NCBI GenBank assembly: GCA_963514005.1
Contig: OY740785.1
Span: 34,100,001-34,164,000, forward strand
Direction: 5' to 3'
Origin: Raja brachyura
Lineage: Eukaryota
Length of the DNA stretch: 64,000 bases
Position 1 is the first letter of the stretch, and each line of letters starts with the position of its first letter. Below are positions 48,770 to 62,279 of this stretch, one piece after another. A model generated the notes under the pieces. That model did not search any database and had not been told where the DNA came from. It saw nothing but the letters and a program-made list of their open reading frames with translations. A program made the position numbers and the translations under genes.

Positions 48770-49640
48770 CCAAAACATGATGGTGGCCCATCCCTGCACT
48801 TTCCACTTCCAGCTCTTACCCAATCCACAAATAGGATTGTCCTGGGAGGCCCATTGTTTCCACCTGCTCTTGTTCTATTGAATTTATCTCCCCATGCCTT
48901 AACTCTACCCTGAATCCCCTTGTTCAGTCTCTTCCCATCTACAAACAGGATACCTTCCATGCTCTCCACCACTTTTAAAACTTGCGACTCCATGGCCGTT
49001 AATGCCTCATCTTCACAATCAATGTCGTCTAGATACATCCCCATTCCCTCTGAGGAAAGTCTTAAAGCCCTCCGCTGGTGAGCAATACAGACATAAGTAG
49101 TTGGCTTCTACCAACACTCATCTGCATGGTTGAATTAGTTCTTACACTGAACCATTCTCTTTTTTCACTTACAATAAATCATTGGCGAGCCCCAGATATG
49201 CCCATCTTTTCATTGGCCATGCGGAACGGTCCTCATTCCAAACCTTGGATCACTCAACTCATTCTCTGTAATATCTTTAACTGCATTGCTTTCTGTGTCT
49301 TTGCAGAACTTAAATCTTTAATCACCTTCACCTGCGCTAAAATTCACTTGGATGATTTCTAATTTCATTTTCATTTTCTAGATCTCTCGGTCACCGTCTC
49401 AAGAGACAAACTATCCACAAACATTTACTCTAAATCAACTGATTCCTACAACTATCCTGAGCTTGTCTCTTGTAATCACCACCCAATTACATCTCAGTTT
49501 CTCCAACTCTGCTGCACCCGCTATCAAGATGAGGCATTCCATGCCAAGATTTCTGAGATGTTCACTCCACTATCCACCAGCTGCATTGAGATTCCACCAC
49601 TAGCAACATCACCTGGTTCAGGAGACAGTTTTCAGCCAAT
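48770..49640 (+). mobile_element. Old, degenerate Penelope-like RT fragment
   Basis: Nucleotide similarity to 39700-40700 (e.g. atccacaaataggattgtcctgggaggcccattgtttc vs atccacaaacccgactgccccggcagacccattgtctc). Confidence 0.65.
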
Positions 49641-49717
49641 TGATTAATTCCTTGTGATATTCAGAAATGGCTAAGAGCTCTAGTTCACACAAAAGGCAAG
49701 AAAATCCAATCCAGCAT

Positions 49718-50090
49718 ATTTAGTTTAGGGATACAGCGTGGAAACAGGCTCTTCAGTCCACGCCGACCATCGATCACCCATAGACTAGTTCTGTACTATG
49801 CCATTCGTATATACTAGGCGCAATTTATATCAGCCAAGTTTGCATGTCTTTGGAATGTGGGAGGAAATCAGTCACAGGGAGTGTGTAGGAAGGAACTGCA
49901 AAGATAGACACAAAATGCTTAAGTAACTCAGTAGGGACTGGCAGCATCTCTGGAAAGAATGGGCAGTTTTGCGTCAAGACCCTTCTTCAGTCACAGGGAG
50001 AACATACATACTCTTCATAGACAGCACTCATGGTTATGTTCAAACACAGGTTCAAGCAGCAGCTCTTCTACCATTGCACCACTGTGCCTC
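49718..50090 (-). mobile_element. HE1-type SINE split by a pLTR-derived element
   Basis: Tail tttagtttagggatacagcgtggaaacaggc; head ctaccattgcaccactgtgcc. Confidence 0.7.
49882..49986 (-). mobile_element. pLTR-derived short repeat inserted in a SINE
   Basis: TSD tcagtcacagggag on both sides; eroded hammerhead. Confidence 0.7.
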
Positions 50091-52854
50091 CCAAAATCAT
50101 CTCAATCTCCATCATCAGCAAAATTAAAATCAGAAAATGCAAACAAATGGATCTTATCTGCCAATTGCTAGTCCACTGGTGTCAGGCTTGAGTTATGCCT
50201 TAACCACTTGGTTCCAGGTATTATGTGGACCACAGCTGAAGTTGACATAAGACTGACTATTATTTACATGAAAGCAATGTTCAACCAAGTGTAGAATCCA
50301 GATGCCTTGGTGGAACTGAATTCAATGCCCATCAAGGGGAAAATATTCCAATGGCTGGAGTCATATCACACAGGAAAATGGTTGTATTTGTACTTTAAGT
50401 TCCATGTGACAATAAACTCTTGAATCTTGAATATAATGTGAACAATATCAAAACCCCTCCTTTAATTCAAAATTAACATTTTGGGAAAGGAGGGCCCAAT
50501 GAAATTAACTGTTCTAAAATTAGGGTGATGAATTTTAAATTCATTCATAAGTACATACTGAAAGTATGCAGTTGTCATTTTACATATTCTAAAGACAAAG
50601 TGTATTGGATCTGAATTTATCCCAGATTGTTTACTGTCAGATTGGAGATGTGGTAAGCTTGAACAATTGTTTCTTGAATAGTGAAAACAAGTATTTTTCT
50701 TACTTGTGCAAAGGATTATTCCTCTGAACTTCCAACTAATAGCATGGGAACTACCCCAAAGCCAAAATCTCTGTTAAGCATCTACCTCAAAATACAATAT
50801 TCTTTCAGTAGTACACAGGAATGTCAGCCTACTAGTGAAATCCAAATGCTCAAATTTAAATGTGAGGCTTATACCAATGGCCACCTGATTTAAGAGGCGA
50901 GAATGTTACTGGTAGAACCATGGTAACACTTGATTCGATCCTGGGGTCTAAAGCCGTTTTTCCTATATTGCAACTTTCAGCAGATGGTCTCAAAAACTTG
51001 CCACAATCAATCTGGGATCACACTCTAGAGACCAAGAAACCAAATATGATTCTGAATGCAAGAAATACAATCAATTCTGTATTCTCATTTTACTGAAGTA
51101 TTATACTTAAAACAAAGTATAAACATAATAATTTTGTAGGTTTACATGACATACCCAGCTATAAATTCTGTACCTAAGCAAACTGCATCAACCTAACTGC
51201 ACAATTAAGTTGTTCAGATGAGAAGAAAAATGTTGAAAATATGAACCCAAATTACCATATATAATTAATTTCAGGTAGACATACCTCAGGAAGAATCTCA
51301 GCCAAAACAGATTTGCATTCCAAGTACCAATCTTTCACATGTTTTACTTTTATGAAGGAACACACAACATCCAAAATATGTCTTTGTATGAAAGCCAAAT
51401 TAATATGTGTTCCAATCATACTGGGAGATCTTCACTGGTTGCCTGGTTTGTCTAAACTGGTAGCTCCCTTGTCCATACGCCATGTTTGGCTCCTATGTAA
51501 GCTTGCTACAATTCCCCTGTCTTTACAACAGGCTTCCCATGGGGGAAAAAAGGCTATATCCGAAAAATATCTTTCATCATATGATGCAAGGAGAATGGTT
51601 AATTTGAATCGTGTTTTAGTTATTTTCAATGAGCGGCCGATTATGAAAAGCAAATACTCAAATAAAATCACATTATGAAAATAGTTTTATTTGCATATTA
51701 TACATTTCAAGCTTTTTAATATTTAATATAAAAATTAAATCTGCTTATCAGATTTCTGCTGGTATAGATACATACAGGAAAACAAGCTATAATACACACA
51801 CGGCAATTAGTGTTGCATTAAGGTGCATTTACAGGGTATTGAGAAGACAATAAGCAACTTTTAAGTCATAAGGTCAGTCTGACAGCAAGGTTAAACATGG
51901 CAGAACAATATCATTTAGTGTGACATAATCCAAGTATTAAATCTTATAATGGCATCAGGTGAGTAACAAATGGCAAAAATAGGAAACTTCAAATCTTAAC
52001 ATCATGAAAAGTGACGAAAGATTCAAACACTAATGGATATGATTCCAGTTATAAAATGTACAATATTGTGTACCAGTCTTTAATTCAAATTAATAATCAA
52101 AATTCTTCAAAAGCTATCTCGATCGCAGGTACAACTTCTATCACAGCTAAGATTCTAGCTGCAGGCTGGGTGAATATAGTAAAGATCTTTGGAAATGGTT
52201 TCTTACTTTTTCCAAGCTACTTTGATGAAATCAAAAGATTTCAACTAATATTCATTTAAGACTGGACATTGTTTTTATCAAAAAGTAGAATGGATGATAT
52301 TGGAAACAGAATGTTATGTTCAACAGCGAAAGCGACACAATGACAGATTCTTGGACTAAGCTCATGACATGATTGGCAAATTCACAGCATAATTCTCAAC
52401 CGACTCAATTAAACATTATGCACCCTCGCACTGGCCATCCAATACGTGCAAGCATTTTGAACAAGTGCCTTACAATTTAAGCATTATGGTCAGTTTAAAC
52501 TGTAAAAAGATCACTTGTAAAGCGCTTCAAAACTGCAACATTTGGCTTGTACTTTTTATCCAAAAGTTTTTGAAAGAAGACTTCAAAACATCTTGGATCT
52601 TTTATGCCAAAATGTTAATACAAGATGACCCTGATGAGAGAGGGGAGACTTTTAAAGTGTGCGGTATGATTTTAACCCCTAAAAAAAGTAGGGTGATTTA
52701 TTTGGTAGTGAAAGAGTTTAACACAGTAATGAAGACTCTTCAGTTACAAAGGGGTGGGACAGAGAGCAAAATAGTAAACATTTGTCAACGTAATTCCAAA
52801 TTTATTCCATTCCTGAAAATGATTTAATGTTATGCATGATCTTATATTTTTATA

Positions 52855-55800
52855 AAGTGACAAGATTAAACGTTTATTGTAACAATTTATCAACTACTTT
52901 ATAAACAAAGATTTAAAAACAATAAAAGTTGTTTTCTGGAAAAATGCAGGACCCTCAGATGCACCTTGTCTTCAGTAAATTTGTAACAAGTGTGGATTCA
53001 CACTGACATCAAAACAATCTTAATAAGCAGTGGTGTACATGCTGGTATTTAAGTTCAACCATTGTATAATTCATTTAAAAAAATTCTTGCAACATTTAAA
53101 AAGGAGACATTCAAATGATAGTGGATACATGTAGACAAAGCTAAATAATACAGATCAATTTTTTCAAACAAACTGACTTAAGGTGCTATAATGTGATAAT
53201 TATTCATGTTTATAATGCAGACATATTTCATTGTACATAATGCATTTTGCCCAAACTGTTTTGGGTTTATGGAAATTGAAAATAAAGAATTGTACGTTCT
53301 GTAGTACAAAAATAGTTAGTTTATATATTATAGATGGCAATGAAAACAGATGTTTCAATATACAGAATAAAGTACATTCCTTAAGTACCTCAGAATAACC
53401 ATGCACTTTGCTGCAGGGAATATTAGAAGTATATGAATGCATGTCTAATCATGTTAGATAATTGTAAATATTTTGTTTAAATAACTAATGGAGATTCACC
53501 TCATTAAAAGGTCTCCTTTAAGAAAGTTAATTATATGTCTTTCAACATTATATGCATAAATACAAAGACTACAATTATGGGCCTAGCACAAGTTTGATTG
53601 CTTAAGCCCTCCATACATACCAATAACAATCACAACTATATTCTCTATACATGTTTCAGGTTCTCCATACCCAAATTGGAATGCTTTCTTGCATCTCCAA
53701 AGTTAATTAATTATACAATCAGGCTACCATTTATCACTCAAAATTTAGTCCCAAAGGATCACAATTTTAAACACAGCATTAAAATTGCTGACTCCCATGT
53801 ATAAATCCCACATTAAGCATTTGCAGATGTTTTAATTGAAATAAAAACAGGATATACAAGGCATTGAACTTCTACTACTGAATGTTTCAAATACTAAATC
53901 AGTAATATTTACAATTGTAAAGGAATGACTAACATAACTACAACAATGCGCTACTATCAAAAGTGGAAGCAGGTAGCTTCATGGCCAACTGTTAAGGTTC
54001 AAAAATATTTTAAGAATCTATTGCATTTGTGAATCAACTTAAACAAGGGATCTCATTTTTTGGTAAAACGTTACTCTCCTGATTTGCAGCAATGGAGATT
54101 GAATACTACCCAAGGAAATCTAAATCAAGTACTTTTAATAACTATAGGAAAGTACATCGAATCATTGCCGATATTAAATGTGGATGATTAAAATATTATG
54201 GAATAATGGTGGGGACAGAAATTTGAAACAGAATTTTTCTCCTTGCTTGTTGCAACTTCAGTGGAAGGGCCTCATGAAAGATGCTTCTCTTTTACCAGAA
54301 TCTCCAAGGATGAAAGACAGAAACAGGGAAATTAATTCCTCCCCGCTACTACAATTAGTCTGAAGGGCCCCGACTCAAAACGTCATCCATCCATCTGCTC
54401 CAAGTTTCTCCAGTACTTTGTCTTTTTCGGTAAATTAGCATGTGTAGTTCCTTGTGTCTGCAGTTTTTTTTCCTGTAAGAGACTACTTACTCTGTTGTAC
54501 AATATTATTGCCACCTAAATATCCTGACATATTTCAGAGATTTCAACCAACTAAAGTAAACTCAAAAGATGGCATAAACTCAAGCTCTCCATAACCAATT
54601 CTTATATTAAAAAAGAAAATGCTGTGAAAGTGACCATATTACAATATCTCATGGTGCTTAGTAATTTTTGTTTTTGGGGATTTTTTTTTAAGATAATCAG
54701 CCGCAGACTATGATGATGTCTAATCCAGACGCATTTCAAAAACAAATAATTTTGCCCAGAATACCAGAAAACAAAAAGCCAATAAACACTTTGCACCTTT
54801 GATTTGTAAAAAAATGTTAATATTTAGGCAAGTTAATTAAACCTTCTTTAGGACTTTCACTGGCAAAAGTGCAAAGCAATCTTTCAATAGAATTACAAGT
54901 TTTGCCTGTGGCAAGGCTATGGTGAATATTTGGTCAGTACTTTTCAGCTGTTACAATTCTGCTAAAATTGTGATCAAATTATTTTGGTTTTCCTTGTACC
55001 TTGTGTATATTGTACAAACCTGATTAGGGCACGATAATAGGGAAAACACTTGGGATGATTAAAATAACCCTTGCTAATGATTTACTTTCAATACTTATCT
55101 TCCCCATTAATGAACAAGTTTTTAGAAACAACCTCCAATGTTCTGCAATCAAAGTAGAGTGCTGGATCAAAATTATGTGAAATTAATCAGATTTAACTTG
55201 CAATAATAGCCCCAGGTCACTAAATTGTAGGTTTACAGATATAGTATTCTGCTGAAACACTTAATATATTTATATAGATGGAAAGGTGATAATACGAGCC
55301 ATAAACCATTAACATTAGATAAAGGCAATCCAATAAAGAGATAGCAAAACAATATTAAACTTGCACTGAAATAAGGCAATTGAGAACTAGGAGTAGTAAT
55401 TTTGCCATACAATGACCAATGAGGTTTTCTCTGCAACTGGATACTTGAGCTTTCACACCTAAATAATCAATGTGGTGCACAGCTATCTAAAAAATGCTTT
55501 GTATCCACGATAGGTGGATGCTATGGGTTGGTTACGGGATATTTTACAAAACTCTGCTCCTATCTGTAAACAAATTAATTTTGTCACTCATCCTTAAATT
55601 TAACATTAGAAGCTAGCTCAATTTTGAACACACTGCTACTACTGATTTCAGATATTTTAAAAAATACTGTTAAATTCAACTGATACTGTGTAAACGAGGA
55701 TCTTATAGATTTTCAACAAATTTGAATCATTGTGCAAAATACTCTAGGAAACGATAATTTGGTGTCAATCATGATTATAAAAATCATGACTAACATTGAT

Positions 55801-55949
55801 TCTTGGTTGCATCACAACCAACGATGGCATCTTCATAATAGCAGTCAGGGTTCAATCTTTCCTAATTCGATTCAGTGCAAACTGATCAGATGCAAGTGCA
55901 AGATTTTGGTTTCTCCCCCAGCCAAGTAGATTTGTTCTCTTGACAGACT
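52855..55949 (-). other. SNX17: Probable long 3' UTR of SNX17
   Basis: Repeat-poor AT-rich sequence downstream of the stop. Minus-strand AATAAA (tttatt on +) near 52873; another candidate near 51686. Confidence 0.4.
54357..54462 (+). mobile_element. Degenerate pLTR-derived short repeat
   Basis: agtctgaagggccccgactcaaaacgtc...gtagttccttgtgtct. Confidence 0.55.
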
Positions 55950-56069
55950 TCACAAATCGTCATCACCGATTCCCTCAAAGGCATAGTTACCGTGGAGGTT
56001 ATTAGCACTGATGTCACCAGAGGAATTAGAAGTGCTGATCCCTCGGATGCTCACAGAAGAAAGTTTACT
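55950..56069 (-). CDS. SNX17: Sorting nexin-17 last coding exon: SKLSSVSIRGISTSNSSGDISANNLHGNYAFEGIGDDDL*
   Basis: Acceptor ctcttgcag, 120 nt to TGA. The C-terminus matches the conserved SNX17 tail HGNFAFEGIGDEDL. Confidence 0.95.
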   Translation of the reverse strand, partial: SKLSSVSIRGISTSNSSGDISANNLHGNYAFEGIGDDDL

Positions 56070-57109
56070 CTGCAAGAGGTCGAGATGAGGAAGGGGGAAA
56101 AAAATGCATAAAATACAATTGTTTTAATTGATAAGAATCAGTTAAAGCACAATACTATTAAAAGTATTTATTTTCAGACATATGACAGAAATTGTGTTAA
56201 ACTGCATATATAATTGGGCATGTAATGAATTTTCATGGCATTCTCTTATCTTTGAACTAGACATAAGTGAATTGAAATGCATGCTCATCAATTTGGAGTC
56301 CAAATTTTCACTGCAGTAGGTTCTAATCCAAGATACAAGTTTTTAAAATAATAATCAAAATTCGAACAAAAAACATAATCAGCAAATCTTAATTCATTAT
56401 TTATAAGTTAGCTATTCATTCCATCTACCTTTTCTGGCCATTGACAAGGTCTGTCCAATTTAGTCATGCATCTCAGCCTTTTCCCCCGTAACCTTGCATA
56501 TTAATCTTCTATTTACCACCCAAATTACCTTTGGAAGCTTCTATGGAATTAGTTTATGAAACGTATTCATTTATAATCTTGAAACCTTTCCAAATTACTT
56601 TTATTGATGATCTTTGCTCATCAGCCAAGAGCAAATCACTTCCTTCTTGCTCTTTCAAATCAATCATTGTTGAATCCTGTGAAGATTGCTCATTGCCTTT
56701 TTCTTTATATGAAAGAATCCCAGCATCTTCAATTCCTTCATATAATTATTCCTGTACTTCACCTTATAGCCAAACACCACCTACTGGATTCACTAATCTC
56801 TCTGGTTCCATATGCCTACTCTCATGAAATGACTTCCATTCGCACCTTCCTTTTAAATCAGATTTCAGCATTTGTAGCTTGTGTCACCGCTCATGCTTCA
56901 GCTTGTTTCCACCTTTATCTTCCCTCCCCCAGTTCCATCTCCACTACATTTCTTTGCTTCCTCCCATCCCAGACCAGCCTCCGAGTTCCAACCACCCCTC
57001 CCCCACCTGGCATCATCCATCACTCCTCTCTTCTATATACATACTACATATTTCAGCAAGAGTAGCTAATATAAATAATCCAATAGAGCGGAACATTGCA
57101 CAGCATACA

Positions 57110-57325
57110 AACATAGTTGCAGGAGGAGGCCATTCGGCCCTTCGAGCCAACACCACCATTCAATGTGATCATGGCTGATCATCCACAATCAGTAACCCAT
57201 GCCTGCCTACCCATATCCCCTGATTCCACTAACCCCAAGATCTCTAACTATCTTTTAAATTAATCCAGTGAATTGGCCTCCACTGCCTTCTGTGGCAGAG
57301 AATTCCACAAATTCACAACTGTCTC
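57110..57325 (-). mobile_element. CR1 3' tail in an SNX17 intron
   Basis: ggccattcggcccttcgagcc...gaattccacaaattcacaact. Confidence 0.75.
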
Positions 57326-57747
57326 GGTGGATGGGTTAAATCAATGCCAGATCACTGGGATTGTATGTCACATTATGCACAAGCATAGAAATCCAGCAGT
57401 TTATATTACACATCATAGTGAATGATGGCATTATCATCATCCATTGCAATTGCATGACATGGTATACCCAGACATGTCCCAGTATGTCTGGGATATACAC
57501 GCTGGTTAATAATATCTAGCATTCCATTTCCAGACAGCAAACAGAGGATTACTTAAGATTACTGGAGCAACTCAGTGGGACAGGCAGCATCCCTGGAGAG
57601 AAGGAATGGGTGACTTACCATATTTTACATTACGCTACATGTTTACAGAAATTTGTTCAGTTCAGACAAGGTGAAATTAAAGTGCTCAAATGCTTCCACA
57701 TAGATAAAATTAAAACATTTTAAAACAGAATGAATAATTATGCTTAC

Positions 57748-57789
57748 CGAGAGTTTGACAATAGGATCTCTGTTTGATTCAGGTGAATC
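57748..57789 (-). CDS. SNX17: Sorting nexin-17 penultimate exon: DSPESNRDPIVKLS
   Basis: Acceptor tttcctag, donor gtaagc, 42 nt, phase 0. Matches SNX17 ESPDATRESMVKLS. Confidence 0.9.
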
Positions 57790-57999
57790 CTAGGAAACAC
57801 ATGGTACGAAGCAATTTGAAATTGTTCTTCCACTATTTTAACACATTTTGATTGTTTAAACAGGACAGTAATATGGAGGCCACAATTACATTCCAAGGGA
57901 TTACCAACAGATAGGATTCTGAAAAAGTTGATCCATCAGTGATCCTTAATACATTCTTGCAAGGTCAGGTCTATATGCAGATAATGTTTGACATTGCTA

Positions 58000-59770
58000 G
58001 CACGCTAGCTTACCATTTGTCTAAATTTGGCCCATAACCATCTAAACCCTTCTAATCTCTATATCTGTCCAAACGTGTTAAGTCGTAATTATATCTGTGT
58101 TTACAGCTTCCTTTGGCTGCTCATTCCAGATGTGGATTATTGAACTATTCTCTAAAGTTGCCCCAAGGTCCCTCTTATATCACTCCTCTCAACCTTAAAC
58201 CTATGCCCTCTAGCTTTAGAATCCTCTAACTCAGCCTCCTGCGTTCACAGAAAAGAAGACCCAACCTATCCAAATTTTCCCTATAACTGAAGCCCGCAAG
58301 CCCAGGTAACATTCTGATGAATCTCTTCTGCATCCTTTCGAACTGAATAACTTCAATTGCATGGCTCTACATTACTCGGTGTGGTGTCACCAATGACTTG
58401 TACAGTTGCATCATAATAGTTTCAACTTTTGTATTCAATACACTTCCAATGAAGGCAAGTGTGCCAAACACCTTCACCACCTTCTGTCCACATGACTCGC
58501 TGCCTTTTGGGAACTGTACATCTGTACTCCCAGATCTCTGTTCTGGAACATCCTCCAGGGCTCTACCTTTTACTGTGTAGGTCCTGCCCAGGTTTGACAT
58601 ACCACAGGGCAATGCCTCATACTCCTCAGAGTTAAATTCTATTTGCCATTCCTGGACCCACCTTCCAAACCGAGCTGGATCCTTCTGTGAACTTGGATAT
58701 CCTTCCTCACTGTCCACTATACCACCAATTTGGGTGTCACTTGAAATATGCCTCCTCCATTACTCTGAACAACACATCAACATCTATTGTCAAGCAGAGT
58801 TCCCAAAACTTGCCAACTTTGCCCTTCGCCCTAACGTTCTGGACCCTGGAGACGACACAACATCCTGGATCCAACGTCCAAGCAGAGAATCTCTTGCCAA
58901 GAGTAGGGGAAAAATTGAGAACCAGAGGTCATAGCTTTACAGTGAAGGGGGTAAGATTTTATAGGAATCTGAGGGGTACCTTTTTCACACAAAGGGTGAT
59001 TGGTGTATGGAACGAGCTGCCGGATGTGGTAGTTGAGGCAGGGACTATTTCAAAGTTTAAGAAACGATAGAAACATTTTGGACAGGTCAGGTACATGGGT
59101 AGGTCAGGTTTAGAGGGATATAGGTCAAATGCAGGCAAGTGGAACTAGTGTAGATGGGACGTGTTGGTCAGTGTGGGCATGTTGGGCCGAAGTGCCTGTT
59201 TCCACACTGTGTGACTCTAAGAAAATAGCAGGAGTAGGCCACCCACCAAGTTCCTCAAGCCTGAACTACTCCTTTGTGCCTGATCTCCATAGTCATCAAT
59301 CTTTCAAATAATTAACTATTTCCACGGTAAAAAAAAAAGGATCTTGTCTCCACTACCCTTTGAATAACATAATTCCTAAGAATTACTACCTACAAAGAAG
59401 AAATGTCCATGCACCTCAGTTTGAAAGGCTGACACTCATCTTGTAACCAGGTCCCCTTGTCTGTGATTCCCTCACAAGAGGAAACATCTCAACATGTACC
59501 CTGGTAGGGCCCCTTATGTTTGAATTAAATCTGCACACATTATTTTACATTCCAAGGTATACAGACCCAATTTGTCTCTCTTTGCTTGTTTGTACAACCA
59601 TGTCATCCCAGGAATCAGCCTAGGGAATCTCCTTTGGATGGCCACCAATCCTTTCCTGGGTAAGGGGATCAAAACTGCAAAGAATATTGCAGCACCTTGT
59701 ACAGTTACAACAGAACCTCCATGTTTTTGAATCCCAAATCCTTTAAGTCCAATACCTCCATTGACTTAAC
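58000..59770. mobile_element. Cluster of old CR1 fragments (minus about 58000-58780, plus about 58885-59220, minus about 59220-59770)
   Basis: EWQIEFN, MQLYKSLV.PH and RTRGHS..VKG.RF..NLRG.FFTQRVIGVWNELP motifs, plus CR1 tails. Confidence 0.7.
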
Positions 59771-60480
59771 TATTTCAAACCAGATCACAGATTACATGAA
59801 CAAATTATTTGTTTCAAGATTGGTCATGTGCACACTTTCTAGCTAAGATGGATACACAATCCAATACCAATATGGAGTTTATATAGAGTACTACATTTTA
59901 TCCAATTTCTTTCTGTGCTCCTCGTGGTGTAACGATCAGATAAATGTAAACAAATGATTTTGCACACACACACACCCCCACCCCTCCTCTTGGGGATGGG
60001 TGAGACATCTGGCATAGACATTTCAAATTCAGAGAGTCATAGCACGGAAATTGGTTATTGGGACAACTCCTCTGTGTCAACCAAGATACCCCAACTAAGC
60101 TAGTGTCAATTGCCATGCTGGCCCATATCCCTCTAAACCTTTCCTATCCATGTACCAAGAACTATATTGCATTTTACCAGTACTTTATTTTGGATGGCAG
60201 AGAGGTAAGAAAGACTTGCTTTTTTTTTGAAAAGCAGAGGAATTGAGAGAAAAAACAATCAAGTTCAAAATGACAATGTTTGATCAGATTCAGGAAGGAA
60301 CACCACATGCAACATGGGGCAAGAGTCTGATTTTTGCAGTGCAAATTAATGCTTTACAATGGTTGAATATACCAGAATAGAATAGGCAGCTGTAAAATTT
60401 CCAGTGAATACAACAACCAATTCATTGACTACTCATTCAATTCAAACTTGAAAATAAAACTGCAAAGTAAATATTCTAAC

Positions 60481-60555
60481 CAGTAGTGGAGGGGACTTCA
60501 CAGCTTGCTGGCTGTCTGATCGATGCAGTGCACCATTTATTCTCTTCTTCAGCAT
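60481..60555 (-). CDS. SNX17: Sorting nexin-17 exon: MLKKRINGALHRSDSQQAVKSPPLL
   Basis: Acceptor ctgcag, donor gttaga, 75 nt, phase 0. Matches SNX17 MLRRRVGGTLRRSDSQQAVKSPPLL. Confidence 0.93.
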
Positions 60556-60774
60556 CTGCAGATCAGGTATAAAATGTTAGATAAAGATTCACACACACAA
60601 AAACTTGTTCATTCTGATGGAAAACACAGCACTCAAGCTTGCTCAAATCAAGCTCGACATCAATTAGGATAAAGTACTGGCATAAAAAAAAAAACTCTAT
60701 TACACCCAACTACAGAATGCATTGCCACAGCACTTCCCTAATAAACAAAGGCTGTTTAATGATGCAGCCCAGTG

Positions 60775-61077
60775 GGGCATATAAAAGAACTATCTCATAG
60801 CTTCAATGAACTAGGTTCAATCCTGACCTTCAATGCCAACTGTGTGCATTTGTATACTCTCACCATGACTGTAGGGTTTGTCCAGGTACTTTAGTTTACT
60901 CCCACATCCCCACATTGTGCAGATTGGTTGATTAATTGACATGTAAATTGTCCCAGTGTAAAATCTGGAGGAAGCTGATGCAAGTGTGGGGAGAATAAAA
61001 TGGGTTTAATGCAAACAGATGTTTTGACAGTTGATGTGGACTTTGAATTGAAAGAGACAATGTTCCATGCTGTATGA
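60775..61077 (+). mobile_element. Old V-SINE
   Basis: ggttcaatcctgacc B box, degenerate V-domain and tail. Confidence 0.55.
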
Positions 61078-61179
61078 GTAGGAAGGAACAGCAGATGCAT
61101 GGCCGCATGCTACACAACCTCATTGCTCCACCAACTGCATAGATTCTGCATGGAAATATGATTCCCTCTTTGTTACACA

Positions 61180-61645
61180 ACAGAGCGAGAGAGCGAGAGA
61201 GCAAGGGGGGGGGGGGGGGGAGAAGGGGCAGAGGAGGTGGGGACGACGGAAGGTCAGCGCTCCTCGGACAACATCGCCCCGTTGCCTTGGCCGTCCCTGT
61301 CCAGCCCCAAAGTGCCGCCGCCTCCTCGTCACCGCCTCCCCTCCTCCTCTTCCAGCCGACAGGAAGATGCAGGGCCGAGCGGTGCAGCTCAAAGATCCTA
61401 CAGCTATGGCAAATCGGCAAAAGGCGCTTTCAAAACAACCCCTCTCGCACGCCGAGGCCGGGAGGAGGGAGGGAGGGAGAGGGAGGCCTCCTTCCGCCGG
61501 GTGGGGTGCGGGAGGAGGCGGCGGTGGAGCCGCTGTCGCGGCCGCTGCTACCTCTGTTGGGGGCCCCGTCATTCGCTCCGACCCTTCGTCACCCCGCACC
61601 TAGTATCTTTGCCCCGTAATCAAAATCGCCGCCGACACGAGGCGT
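61180..61645. promoter_or_regulatory. CpG-island-like GC-rich segment in an SNX17 intron (promoter/5'-UTR-like or captured fragment)
   Basis: Dense CpG, GGC/GGAG runs, in an otherwise AT-rich CpG-poor intron. Confidence 0.45.
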
Positions 61646-61725
61646 CAGTTCCTATTCGCCAGAGATGCTGGCTGACCCGCGGAGTTACTTCAATTTTTTG
61701 CGTCTACCGGTATAAACCAGTATTT

Positions 61726-61822
61726 GGGTGCCAAGCCGGGCAAAATGAGGTGGCGTTTAGGTTGCCCGGCGGCACTTTCTGTGGTCAATGGCACCCAGGC
61801 AACCGCTAATTTCGAGCCGTGC
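61726..61822. mobile_element. Terminal fragment of a hAT-like MITE
   Basis: Internal inverted gggtgcca/tggcaccc and ggttgcc/ggcaacc motifs; ends gctaatttcgagccgtg. Confidence 0.4.
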
Positions 61823-62120
61823 ACGGGCACAAAGGAATGGGTAGTAAACTTTTATCAGTTTTACTATCTACGCGCACATTGTACGAATCAAAATTCTAAA
61901 AGCCAGGATATATTTTTAAAAGTATTACTTCAGAGAAATTGATTCAAATAGTTTCCTCTTGCAATAACCAACTTCGTCTTAACTGAATTATGGTTAAACA
62001 TGCCTCCTGGGATCCAACAAATGCACATTCATCACTGTTTGCATCAAAATATTTCAAAAGTACAGATCAAAAGCTTACAGGTTTTTGGCCTAACAATTTA
62101 AAAAATAATGTTGAATTTAC

Positions 62121-62198
62121 CTTCTTTATATTGCCACCTGATTTCTTTACCATGAGCTCATCCACCATTGCTTGTAAAGAGATACTCATCATTATTGC
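62121..62198 (-). CDS. SNX17: Sorting nexin-17, internal exon (end of FERM-like region): AIMMSISLQAMVDELMVKKSGGNIKK
   Basis: Hand translation of the minus strand. Acceptor tttattag, donor gtaaat, 78 nt, phase 0. Matches SNX17 AIMMSICLQSMVDELMVKKSGGSIRK. Confidence 0.93.
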
Positions 62199-62279
62199 CT
62201 AATAAACAATCAGTCAGAACAAATCTCAGCCTCTATTATGTTATGTTACAAGGAAAATAAATCTTCAAAATATTAAACA

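Noticed and set aside
50400-55930. Short ORFs in the AT-rich region
   Set aside because: No domain or splice structure; consistent with SNX17 3' UTR or intergenic DNA.
61120-61809. 150-190 aa ORFs on both strands
   Set aside because: Expected stop-codon depletion in GC-rich sequence; no recognisable domain.
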